NCBI GenBank assembly: GCA_041946735.1
Contig: JBHGAY010000011.1
Location: 74,132-138,131 of the forward strand
DNA length: 64,000 nucleotides
Source: Candidatus Eiseniibacteriota bacterium
GTDB lineage: Bacteria > Eisenbacteria > RBG-16-71-46 > CAIMUX01 > VGJL01
Direction of reading: 5' to 3'
Shown here piece by piece: positions 1 to 9,030 of the stretch. Within the stretch, counting starts at the first letter, position 1. Every line of letters starts with the position of its first letter. A model generated the notes under the pieces. The model did no database searches, was not told where the DNA came from, and saw only the letters and a program-made list of their open reading frames with translations. A program made the translations under genes and the position numbers.

Positions 1-1419
1 CGTCCCCTGGTTCGGAAGGAAGATGCTCTTGTACTTTCCGGAGAAGGCGGCGCCGAAGCGATCCTCGAGCAAGCTCGAGCTTCGGACGATGAGCGGAGTC
101 TGCTCGAAGTCGTCGAGCACCTGCGACAGGGCGCGCACCATCTGCGGGGAGAAGCGGGAGTTCTTGAACACCTGGACGATGTGCGGGTACTCGTGCCGCA
201 CCTCGTCGATCTCGGCGTACTTGTGGTTGTAGATGTCCTCGAGCTCGTTGTAGCGGATGAAGTCGAGAATCGAGTCGGACGTCATGTACCACGTCTTCGG
301 CACCCGGATCTCGCCGAGATCCGGCACCGTCGCGGCCGCCTTGCGCAGGATCTGGCTGGCGACGAACAGGCCGGCCGCCTTCCCCCCGAGCTTCCCGTGA
401 CTGGTCGGCGGAAACACCAGGTGCTCCACGATCTCGAAGAAGTCATCGATGTCGAGGAATCGCTTCGCCATTTCGACGAACTGCGGCTGTTCGGAGAAGA
501 AGTGGCCGATCAGCGAGACTCGGAGCCCTTTCCGGGCCGCCGGGGAGATCTCGACCGCTTCGGGACCGATGTGGTGGTAGCGGCGGATCGCCTCCGCGAT
601 CTCGTCGAGTCCGGAATCCGGGTTCCCGATGGTCGTCACGAGAAAACGGGCCTTGTCCTCCTTGATCCACGATTGGATGCACGCGAGGATCTCGTCGTTG
701 CTCAGGTACTGTCCCGCGATCCGGAAAGTCTCCTCGGTGATGTCCCGTTCCCATTCGGACCCCAGGCGGCGATGCGGTCGGTTGTCCTCGACCGCCGCGT
801 CCTCGTCCTCGTCCTGGCCGGACAGATCGTGCAGGATGCTCACCGCTTCCTGCACGCCGATCCAGCCCAGGTGGTTGATCATCTTCCTCGAGATGCGGAT
901 CAGCAGCTCGTTGTCGGTGCGCCGGAGGAAGTCGAGGACGATGCGCCATGGCTCCGCGCGGCTCTCGAGCGAGCCCCGCGCCTCCTCCAGGTTGCGGAAC
1001 GCGCTGCGCAGCTTGCGGTGCTCGATGTGGTGGCCGATCCGGTCGGCGATGTTGTCGAGCATCTTCCGCTCTTCCTGCAGGAACGGCCCTCCGTCGGATC
1101 GGACCGTCATCTCCGTGTAGACGACGTCGATGCGCCCGACCTTCTCGCCGTCGACGAGGATCGGCGCGGACTGCACCCAGGGGCTCTCCTGGAAGTTCGG
1201 GCAGACGACGACGGTGTCGCGGTAGACGATGCGCGCGCGGCAGAGGCTCGGATACTGGAGGCCTGACGGGATCGACCGGAGGACGCCGGTCAGCACCTCC
1301 TCGAGCGGCACTTCGGTCTGGCTCAGCACTTCGTCCACCCTGTACAGGCAGTCGAGCTCCTTCGCGCGTTCCTGAAGGACGCGGAGGATCGGATCCATCG
1401 GAGTTTCGGGCGCTGTCAC
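1..1419 (-). CDS. PEP/pyruvate-binding (PPDK_N, ATP-grasp) domain protein with N-terminal GAF-like region; 3'-truncated by window edge
   Basis: Not in the ORF track because it runs off the left edge. Manual translation of both ends: GTG at 1419 gives MTAPETPMDPILRVLQERAKELDCLYRVDEVL..., and the window end reads PLIVRSSSLLEDRFGAAFSGKYKSIFLPNQG, the PPDK_N RSSxxxED motif. Confidence 0.85.
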   Translation of the reverse strand, partial: MTAPETPMDPILRVLQERAKELDCLYRVDEVLSQTEVPLEEVLTGVLRSIPSGLQYPSLCRARIVYRDTVVVCPNFQESPWVQSAPILVDGEKVGRIDVVYTEMTVRSDGGPFLQEERKMLDNIADRIGHHIEHRKLRSAFRNLEEARGSLESRAEPWRIVLDFLRRTDNELLIRISRKMINHLGWIGVQEAVSILHDLSGQDEDEDAAVEDNRPHRRLGSEWERDITEETFRIAGQYLSNDEILACIQSWIKEDKARFLVTTIGNPDSGLDEIAEAIRRYHHIGPEAVEISPAARKGLRVSLIGHFFSEQPQFVEMAKRFLDIDDFFEIVEHLVFPPTSHGKLGGKAAGLFVASQILRKAAATVPDLGEIRVPKTWYMTSDSILDFIRYNELEDIYNHKYAEIDEVRHEYPHIVQVFKNSRFSPQMVRALSQVLDDFEQTPLIVRSSSLLEDRFGAAFSGKYKSIFLPNQGT

Positions 1420-1479
1420 TTCCGGTTCCCCCTGCCTGGCGATCCACCGCCGCCGGCGGTCGCCGCGATTCGCCGTCCT

Positions 1480-3228
1480 CTACGACTCCAATTCCGGATG
1501 GACGATGACGCCGCGCCGCGTCCGGCCGTCCACCCGGATGTGGAGCGGCTCCCGGGAACGGACGTGACGGACGAACTCGGTCTCGGCGACGATCTCTTGC
1601 CTTGCGAGCCAGGCCCAGTCGATCGGCCTGGGGTCGGTGTGGCGGACCGAGAAGTAGTACACCTGGAAGCTCGTGATGTTGTGAAAGAAGTGCGAGCCCT
1701 GGCTCGCGTCGGAGTTGATGTGCGGCAGGCTCGACTCGACGATCGCCTTCGCTCCCGCGATCTGCGACCAGGTGACCGGGATACCGAGCCAGGGGTCGGA
1801 GGTGCCCCATCGGCCGAAGCCGATCAGCAGGTACGGGGTTCGCGCGGCCGCGAGGCGATGGTCGATCTCTTCGATCTGGCCCGCGATGGTGGTCGTGTCC
1901 TTCGTGTCGAACCTGTCCGGTTTCACGTAGACGACGTCACGGATCACGTCGAGCGTTCCGTTTCCGAGCGCCGACTCGGATGCGGCGAGCACCCGGGGAC
2001 CGTTCATCGCCTCCTCGTCGACCGTCACCTCCTCCGCCGCCACGACCAGCGGGCGCACCTGGAGGAATCCGAGGCGGCCCGCGTACGGCCGGCGGCGGAT
2101 CGTCATGGCGAACTCGATCTCGACCGGCGCGCCGATCTCTTCCTGTGACATCTCGAGCAGGGAACGGATCGTCGAGGTGAGCGGCAGGACCTCCGTGATC
2201 AGCAAGGGCGCGAAGCTCAGGACGCGGGGACCGTACCCGGCCATCCCCGTCGAGAGCCGGTCGGACTGGACGTCGTACGTCGAGACGAGGGGGGCGAGAA
2301 CGCCGTCCTCCTCCGCCGTGTCGATCCCGGACTCTACGAGATACTCGATCTCGTTGATCGGGTCGTAGGTGGGGATTCTCCCCATCTGGACGGCCCAGAA
2401 CTTCGTCTGGCTCTGCTTGAGCAGATCGCGAATCGAGTTGTACGGGGGGTTCGTCCGCGGATAGGCGGGCGAAAAGGTCCACGCCACCCCGCCGTCGACG
2501 ATCGTCTTGCCGAGGCCCAGCGCGAGGCTTGCCACGCCGTCCTCGGGCGCCGCGTGCCCCACCGGGTAGTAGTTATACGAGCGCGCGACTCCCGAGAGGT
2601 CCGGATAGAAGCGATCGCCGTGCCTCTCCCCGACGACCTCCTGGAGCACGACCGCCATCTTCTCCTCGGCGCTCGACTGCTGGGCCGCCTTGGCGTACGC
2701 CTTCGCCTCACGGAAGAAGGTGGAGGCGTAGACATACTTGATCGCTTCGGTGAGACGCCGGAACCGCGTCTCCGAGTCGATCGCGTTGTTCGGGATCATC
2801 TTCGTCGCGTAGACGCCGGCGAAGGGGCGGTACTGAGCGTCCTCGAGGAGGCTCGAGGACCGGATCGCCAGGGGTTGGCGGAGCGAATCCATCAGCGCCT
2901 TCAGATCGCCGACGATCGAGGCGGATAGGCTTCCGTGTTGAAACGCGAGAGCGATCCGGTCGTCCGGCTCGTCGGAGAGGGCGATCTCGCGGAGGCGATT
3001 TTCCTCGAGGAACGCATCGAAGACGTCGGTGGCGATGACGATCGTCTTCGGGATCGCGACCTCGATCTCGGGGAACAGACGGCTCGCCTTCCCCTCGGTC
3101 AACATCCGCTTGACGACCGCGAGGCCGGTCGCCTTCCCGCCGAGATCCCCCGTTCCGATGATGGTGAAGTCCTCGCGCGAGTCGAGGAAGTGGCGATCGA
3201 ATGGGGGATAGAGGTTCGCCTTGCTCAT
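1480..3228 (-). CDS. PEP/pyruvate-binding (PPDK_N) domain protein, PEP synthase-like N-terminal ATP-grasp
   Basis: Motifs GGKATGL, PLAIRSSSLLED...FAGVY, KMAVVLQEVVG, SGVARS, GLGKTIVDG, VEIEFA, LQVRP. No C-terminal PEP-binding TIM barrel. Start set at MSKANLY. Confidence 0.85.
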   Translation of the reverse strand: MSKANLYPPFDRHFLDSREDFTIIGTGDLGGKATGLAVVKRMLTEGKASRLFPEIEVAIPKTIVIATDVFDAFLEENRLREIALSDEPDDRIALAFQHGSLSASIVGDLKALMDSLRQPLAIRSSSLLEDAQYRPFAGVYATKMIPNNAIDSETRFRRLTEAIKYVYASTFFREAKAYAKAAQQSSAEEKMAVVLQEVVGERHGDRFYPDLSGVARSYNYYPVGHAAPEDGVASLALGLGKTIVDGGVAWTFSPAYPRTNPPYNSIRDLLKQSQTKFWAVQMGRIPTYDPINEIEYLVESGIDTAEEDGVLAPLVSTYDVQSDRLSTGMAGYGPRVLSFAPLLITEVLPLTSTIRSLLEMSQEEIGAPVEIEFAMTIRRRPYAGRLGFLQVRPLVVAAEEVTVDEEAMNGPRVLAASESALGNGTLDVIRDVVYVKPDRFDTKDTTTIAGQIEEIDHRLAAARTPYLLIGFGRWGTSDPWLGIPVTWSQIAGAKAIVESSLPHINSDASQGSHFFHNITSFQVYYFSVRHTDPRPIDWAWLARQEIVAETEFVRHVRSREPLHIRVDGRTRRGVIVHPELES

Positions 3229-3322
3229 TCTGCATCCCCGGTCCTGCGCCACGGCCGGCGCGGTTATGGGAGCAGCGGCGCCCGCCGCGGCGGTGCGGCG
3301 GGCGCCACCAGGCGATCGGAAC

Positions 3323-4603
3323 CTAGATCCAGCCGCGGTCGCGGCAAGCTTGCGCGACGCGACCGATCGCGATGACGTACGCAGCGTCCCGCATGTAGAT
3401 CTTCTGCTTGCGGGCCAGCGCGCTCACCGCGTGGAAGGCCGAGGTCATCTTGACGTCGAGCTTGCCGAGCACCTCGTCCTTCTCCCAGTAGTAGTTCATG
3501 TTCGACTGCACCTGCTCGAAGTAGCTGCAGGTGACGCCGCCCGCGTTCGCGAGGAAGTCCGGGATCAGGAAGATCTCGCGCGCCTGGATCACCTTGTCGG
3601 CGTCGGGTGTCGTTGGCCCGTTGGCTCCCTCGGCGATCATCCGCACCTTCTTGCTGATCTTGTCGACGTTATCGGCGCGGACCTGATTCTCGAGCGCGGC
3701 CGGGATGAGAATGTCCACGTCCTGCGAGATCCACTCGTCTCCCGGAAGCACCTCGTAGCCGAGCGCCGGCGCCTTCTCCTTCGAAATGCCGCCGAAATGG
3801 TCGGTGATCGAGAGGAGCTCGTCGAGGTTGATGCCCGAGGAGCGGTGATACGCGTACGACATCTGATCCTGCTGATCCCAGCAGGAGACGCAGACGACCT
3901 TGCCGCCGAGCTGCTGGTAGAGCTGGATCGCATACTGAGCGACGTTGCCGAAGCCCTGGACGCTCGCCGTCGTGTTCTCCGGCCGGAGCCCCAGCTCCTT
4001 CAAACCCTCACGGATCGTGAAGACGACGCCGTATCCGGTCGCCTCGGTGCGCCCCAGCGAGCCGCCCATCCCGACCGGCTTGCCGGTGATGAGACCGGGG
4101 TAGTGGCCTCGATGGATCCACTCGAACTCATCGAGCATCCAGAGCATGTGCTGGGCGCTCGTCATGACGTCGGGAGCGGGAACGTCGGTCAGAGGGCCGA
4201 TGTCCCGCGAGATCTGGCGCACCCAGCCGCGGCAGATCTGCTCCTGCTCCCTGAGGCTGAGATTGTGCGGATCGCAGACCACCCCTCCCTTGCTGCCGCC
4301 GAGAGGGATGTCGACCACGGCGCACTTCCAGGTCATCCACATGGAGAGGGCACGGACCGTGTCGACCGTCTCCTGCGGATGGAACCGGATGCCGCCCTTG
4401 CCCGGTCCGCGCGCGTCGTTGTGCTGCACCCGGAAACCGCGGAAGACCTTCACGGAGCCGTCGTCCATGCGGACCGGGATGTTGAAGTGATATTCCCGCA
4501 TCGGGTTCCGGAGGAGCTCGCGGGTAGCGGCATCGAGGCCCAGGTAGTCGGCCACGTGGTCGAACTGGGCCTGCGCCATCTCGAATGCGTTGTGGGCCTT
4601 CAA
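3323..4603 (-). CDS. gdhA: Glu/Leu/Phe/Val dehydrogenase (glutamate dehydrogenase)
   Basis: Motifs GKGGIRFHP, MTWKCA, GGSKGG, DVPAPD, TGKP, GGSLGR, QGFGNV, EGANGP, PDFLANAGGV. TTG start at 4603 follows a GGGAGG SD. Confidence 0.93.
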   Translation of the reverse strand: MKAHNAFEMAQAQFDHVADYLGLDAATRELLRNPMREYHFNIPVRMDDGSVKVFRGFRVQHNDARGPGKGGIRFHPQETVDTVRALSMWMTWKCAVVDIPLGGSKGGVVCDPHNLSLREQEQICRGWVRQISRDIGPLTDVPAPDVMTSAQHMLWMLDEFEWIHRGHYPGLITGKPVGMGGSLGRTEATGYGVVFTIREGLKELGLRPENTTASVQGFGNVAQYAIQLYQQLGGKVVCVSCWDQQDQMSYAYHRSSGINLDELLSITDHFGGISKEKAPALGYEVLPGDEWISQDVDILIPAALENQVRADNVDKISKKVRMIAEGANGPTTPDADKVIQAREIFLIPDFLANAGGVTCSYFEQVQSNMNYYWEKDEVLGKLDVKMTSAFHAVSALARKQKIYMRDAAYVIAIGRVAQACRDRGWI

Positions 4604-4778
4604 GTCGAACCTCCCTTCTTCCACCCCCACCCCGTTCGCAAGCGAGTGTACACATCGGATTGCGCATCCGGAAGGCCGGTCGATCCGGCGCTTCTCTCGC
4701 GTGCGTCGCGGCGAATTCCGTTCGTCATAGCGGCCGGAACGAGAGGCGAACGCCCGTCGCTCCAATGGCCCGTAAGCA

Positions 4779-4807
4779 GTTATATCAGAATGGCTTAAAG
4801 ATGTGCA
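4779..4807 (-). promoter_or_regulatory. putative sigma70 promoter for gdh operon
   Basis: AT-rich island. The minus strand reads TGCACA-17 nt-TATAAC with an extended TGn before the -10. Confidence 0.45.
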
Positions 4808-4888
4808 GAGGGCATTTAGCGACAGGAGCCGCGACCGCGCATCTCGCGCGGCTCGCGGCGCGTCGAAACGGTCCTTCACCGGCTCGCG

Positions 4889-5455
4889 TCAGTTCACGCG
4901 CTCGAGGTACTTGCCCGTCGACGTGTCGACCCGGATCTTCTCCCCTTCGGAAATGAAGGGCGGCACCTGAAGCTCATAGCCCGTCTCTACCTTGACCGGC
5001 TTGGTGACCGACCCCGCGCTGTCGCCGCGCGCCGCGTCGTGCGCCTCGGTGACGAGAAGAGTGACGGTGGCGGGGAAGACGACGTCGACCGTGCTGCCGT
5101 CGTCCTCGCGCGCCATCAGCTGCATCTCCATGCTCTCGGTCAGGTAAGGAAGGTAGGGCTTCATCAATGCGGCGGGCAGCTCGATCTGCTCGTAGGTCTC
5201 GGTGTCCATGAAGACGTACTCGGCGCCGCTCGCGTAGAGGTACTGGATCGGCCGGTAGCGGACCGCCACGGGGTAGATCGTGCTGCCGGCGTTCCAGGTG
5301 TCGTCGAGCACGCGGCCGGTCTTCAGATTCTTCAGCTTCGCCCGCACGAACGCGCCGCCCTTGCCGGGCTTCACGTGCTGGAAGTCCACGACCTTGTACA
5401 GGTCGTTCTTGTAATCGAGGACGAGACCGTTTCGAATATCGGCGGTTGTTGCCAC
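4889..5455 (-). CDS. efp: translation elongation factor P
   Basis: HVKPGKGGAFVR, RGD, KPVKVETG, VPPFI and DTSTGKY motifs; 188 aa; GGAGG SD before the GTG. Confidence 0.97.
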   Translation of the reverse strand: MATTADIRNGLVLDYKNDLYKVVDFQHVKPGKGGAFVRAKLKNLKTGRVLDDTWNAGSTIYPVAVRYRPIQYLYASGAEYVFMDTETYEQIELPAALMKPYLPYLTESMEMQLMAREDDGSTVDVVFPATVTLLVTEAHDAARGDSAGSVTKPVKVETGYELQVPPFISEGEKIRVDTSTGKYLERVN

Positions 5456-5731
5456 CCACTCCTCCTGTCCGGGTTGGGGATCATCGGTCGATCGGGGAAC
5501 GAGGCAGGCGCCGGACCGGAACGGAACGGGCAGGCCCCTCGGACGGCCGTCGCGCGGCCTTCCCTGCCGGCCGGGTCGCGCGTCGGATCATCGGGCATTC
5601 TAGCCTGGAGCCCCTACCCTCCGTCCAGAGCAACGGGAGGGCAAGGCATCGGGGCGCCCGGCCGGCCGGCGGCCGGCCCTCGCCCGCCGGCCTGCTGCCC
5701 CCCGGTGGGCCGGTCCCGTCGTGCGGGCACC

Positions 5732-7540
5732 TCAGTCCCCGCAGTGCACGTAGACGTCCGGGCCCCCGTTCGTGTCGCTCGATTCCAAAGCTACCGGGCT
5801 CTCGAAGGCGATGGCCTGGCCGTCCCCGGAAATCGAAGGGGCGGTCGAGGGGCCCGGGTTCGCGATCGAGCCGCCTCCCGTGAAAACGGAGACCCGCCGT
5901 GTTTCGCTGGCCTGCCGGTCGTGGATGTAGACGTCGTCGGCGCCGTTGGTGTCGTCGGGATCGAGGGCGACGGCGGTGGTGAACGCGACAGAGCGGCCAT
6001 CCGCCGAGATCGAAGGAGCGGTCGAAGGGCCTGGGTTCGCGATCGAACCGCCGCCGGTGAAGATGGAGACTCGCCGAGTCTCGCCGGCCTCGCGGTCGTG
6101 GACGTAGACGTCATCGGCGCCGTTGGTGTCGTTGGATTCGAAAGCGACGGGGGTGGTGAAGGCGACGAAACGGCCGTCTGCCGAGACGGACGGCTGGCGC
6201 GATCCACCCTCGTTCGCGATCGAGCCGCCTCCGGTGAAGATCGAGACGCGCGTCGTCTGGTTCGTGCCGGCGTCATGGACGTAGACGTCCTCCGCGCCGT
6301 TGGTGTCGTCGTTGACGAGCGCCGCGCTCGTGACGAAGGCGACGACCTGGCCGTCCCGCGAGATGGAAGGGGAATGCGCGCCCGGCTCGTCCGCGCCGCT
6401 GCCGCTCCCCGTCCGGATGGAGACGCGGAACGTGCGGTTCTCGTCGCGGTCGTGGACGTAGACGTCGTCGCCGCCGTTGTTGTCGTTCGACTCGAAGGCC
6501 ACCGGGGTCGTGAAGGCCACCACCCTGCCGTCCGCCGAGACCGCCGCCTCCCGAGACCCTGACTGATCGGCGATCGATCCGTTGCCGGTGAAGACCGACA
6601 CACGGATCGTTTCGTTCTCGTCGCGGTCGTGGACGTAGACGTCGTCGCCGCCGTTGGTGTCGTCCGGATCGAACGCCACCGGAGTCGTGAAGGCGATCAC
6701 CTTGCCGTCCCCGGAGATCGAAGGCTCGTGCGAGCCCGCCTGGTCGGCGATCGAGCCGCCGCCCGTGAAGATCGAGACGCGGCGCGTCTCGTCCTCGACG
6801 AGATCGTGGATATAGACGTCGTCGCCGCCGTTGGTGTCGTTCGACTCGAACGCCACGGGCGTCGTGAAGGCGACGACGCGGCACGCGGGGGAGATCGAAG
6901 GCTCGTGCGAGCCCGCCTGGTCGGCGATCGAGCCGTTGCCCGTGAAGATGGAGACGCGCCGCGTCTCGTTCTCGCAGACGGAAGGATCGCAGGGATCGTC
7001 GTCGACGCCGCCCGGAGGCGGAGGGGGGGGCGGAGGAGCCGCGCCCGTCACCTCGAAGCTCCGCCGCTGGCTCCAGAAGTAGTATTCCCCGGGTTTGTCC
7101 GAGGTGTGCGTGACCCGGATCTGCCAGTCGACGATCTCTCCTGGCTGCAGGGCGTTGCCTCCCCACTGGTTCGGCGGCGGAAACCGGTACTCGACTCGGA
7201 ACGGCTCCGTACGGGGCAGGCCGCCGGGAGTGAAGGTGAATCCGGCCGGCGGGACCTCCGTGTAGAGAATGTGCTGCGTGTTCTGCAGGCTCGGGCGGCG
7301 ACCCCATTCGACCTGGAGCGCCGTGACGGTCGTCTGCTTCGGGTCGATCTCCGCGACGACGCGCGGGCCGCCGCTGGTGGATCGCTCGAGTTCGTCGAGC
7401 AGCGTGAAGGCCGGCCGATCGGAGGGGCATCCGGCGAGCACGACGAGAAGCGCGACGGCGGCGGCGAGGGTGAGCGGGCGTGGCGGCTTGCCTGGGAGCG
7501 CGTGCGATGGCTTCCGGGCCTTCCCTGGTCGGATCGACAT
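5732..7540 (-). CDS. lipoprotein with Pro-rich linker and 7-repeat TolB/PD40-like beta-propeller
   Basis: Lipobox LLVVLAGC, poly-Pro linker, and seven 59-aa repeats (TRRVSIFTG...PSISxDGR.VAF...DTNG.DDVY.HD). Confidence 0.8.
   Translation of the reverse strand: MSIRPGKARKPSHALPGKPPRPLTLAAAVALLVVLAGCPSDRPAFTLLDELERSTSGGPRVVAEIDPKQTTVTALQVEWGRRPSLQNTQHILYTEVPPAGFTFTPGGLPRTEPFRVEYRFPPPNQWGGNALQPGEIVDWQIRVTHTSDKPGEYYFWSQRRSFEVTGAAPPPPPPPPGGVDDDPCDPSVCENETRRVSIFTGNGSIADQAGSHEPSISPACRVVAFTTPVAFESNDTNGGDDVYIHDLVEDETRRVSIFTGGGSIADQAGSHEPSISGDGKVIAFTTPVAFDPDDTNGGDDVYVHDRDENETIRVSVFTGNGSIADQSGSREAAVSADGRVVAFTTPVAFESNDNNGGDDVYVHDRDENRTFRVSIRTGSGSGADEPGAHSPSISRDGQVVAFVTSAALVNDDTNGAEDVYVHDAGTNQTTRVSIFTGGGSIANEGGSRQPSVSADGRFVAFTTPVAFESNDTNGADDVYVHDREAGETRRVSIFTGGGSIANPGPSTAPSISADGRSVAFTTAVALDPDDTNGADDVYIHDRQASETRRVSVFTGGGSIANPGPSTAPSISGDGQAIAFESPVALESSDTNGGPDVYVHCGD
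5735..6966 (-). repeat. seven tandem ~177-bp coding repeats (propeller blades)
   Basis: Near-identical 59-aa units are visible in the translation and in the DNA. Confidence 0.85.
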
Positions 7541-7885
7541 GGATCCCTCCTGTCTGACGAGCGTGTCGAGCGGCGCGAATGCGCGTGGGCATGCGCGTGC
7601 GAATGCGAATGCGCATGCGTCTGGCGGTGTGTGTGTGTGATGCGAACGCCGCCCCGACGCGAATGAGCGAACCCGTCTTCCGGGACACCGGATTCGAGGA
7701 ACGAAGGAGTATCCAGACGGCGGGCGGCGGGGGCAATGTGAATCGATCGTGCCGAACGGATTTCGGGGAGAGGGTCGGATCCGGTATACTCATTCCGGTT
7801 CGTTCCCCGGGCGGCGCCGCGACGGCCGGGTTCTCCCCCACGCCCCGCTCGCTCGGACTCGCCTTTTCGACTCTTTGGAGGGACC

Positions 7886-9019
7886 ATGCGAATCCAACCC
7901 GGTGCGTTACGGCTCCCGCCCCTTCTGGCGCTGGGGCCGCTTCTCCTGGCGCTTGCCGCCTCCCCGGCGATCTCGTCGACCCTGACTCTTCAGCCGCTGC
8001 TCGAATCCGACACGGATCTGCTGCGCGTCGCTCCTCAAGAGGACGGAACGGCGGTCGTGCTCCGCGAGCGCGAGGTGGGGCTGGCGAGCCAGGGACCGTT
8101 CGTCGTTCGAGCCTCGGCGGGCGCGCAGCAGACCCTCACCATCGCCGACGAGGGCGGATGGATCGGTATCGCGGACCATCGGCCAGGAGCGGCCGACTTC
8201 GCGCCGGTCGCGTCGTTCACGCTCCTCGCGCCGGATGGCAGGACGGCGTGGAGCCTCGGTGAGACCGAGGACGTCGCCTTCCTGATCAGCGGGCAAGGCC
8301 GGGTCGCCGGCCTGCAGTTGAACATCAACGTCCCCGATCGCAACCGCCTGCGCTTCTATGGAGACGGCGGCGAAGTGGTCGCCGATCTGCCTCTGCCGTA
8401 TCTCGAGGGAGCCTCGTTCGATCCGTCCGGGCGGAGGCTGTTCGCTCTCAGCTCGCTCGACGGCCTGCATGCCTTCACGGTCGACGGCGAGGAGCTGTGG
8501 AGCCTTCCCGGTGCGCGGATGTTCGCTCCCTCCGCGGGAGGGGACCTCGTCGCCGCGATCGCCGGCGATGCTCTCGTCGTCGTTCGGGACGGCCGCCCCG
8601 ACGCCCCGATCCCGCTCGACGGGCTGCTGGTGCGCCGGGTCGCCGTCGCGCCGGACGGCGGCCGGCTTGCGATCGCCGACAAGCATGAGATCCGCGTCTT
8701 CTCCGTGGGCGCCCGGATTCCCGAGTGGAACGTCGACCTCACGAGCGAGCGGCTCGCCGTGACCTCGCTCGATCTCGCGGATGGCCGCGGATGGTTGCTC
8801 GCCGGTCTCGCGCGCGACCTCGGTGAACAGGTGCCGATCCTCGAGCGCCATCCGAGCGGCGAGGTGCGCGCCTACGACGCGGACGGACGACTCGAGCACT
8901 CCGCGACGATGCCGTTCCCGATCTGGAACATCTGGACCCCGACGGCGAGGATCGATCGCTCCGGGCATGCGGCCACCATCACGACCCGGCGTTCCGTATA
9001 CCGGGTCGCATTGCCGTAG
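7886..9019 (+). CDS. secreted hypothetical protein, probable WD40-like beta-propeller
   Basis: Signal peptide, GGAGG SD, propeller-like segments (FDPSGRRLFA, VAPDGGRLAI); lies 11 bp upstream of the next gene. Confidence 0.7.
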   Translation: MRIQPGALRLPPLLALGPLLLALAASPAISSTLTLQPLLESDTDLLRVAPQEDGTAVVLREREVGLASQGPFVVRASAGAQQTLTIADEGGWIGIADHRPGAADFAPVASFTLLAPDGRTAWSLGETEDVAFLISGQGRVAGLQLNINVPDRNRLRFYGDGGEVVADLPLPYLEGASFDPSGRRLFALSSLDGLHAFTVDGEELWSLPGARMFAPSAGGDLVAAIAGDALVVVRDGRPDAPIPLDGLLVRRVAVAPDGGRLAIADKHEIRVFSVGARIPEWNVDLTSERLAVTSLDLADGRGWLLAGLARDLGEQVPILERHPSGEVRAYDADGRLEHSATMPFPIWNIWTPTARIDRSGHAATITTRRSVYRVALP

Positions 9020-9030
9020 GGGAGGTAACG

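Noticed and set aside
1480..3228. Annotating as ppsA/ppdK
   Set aside because: It lacks the C-terminal PEP/pyruvate barrel and the canonical TSHAAI phospho-His motif.
5735..6966. Regular DNA repeats resembling an array
   Set aside because: These are in-frame protein repeats with no unique spacers and no cas genes, so not CRISPR.
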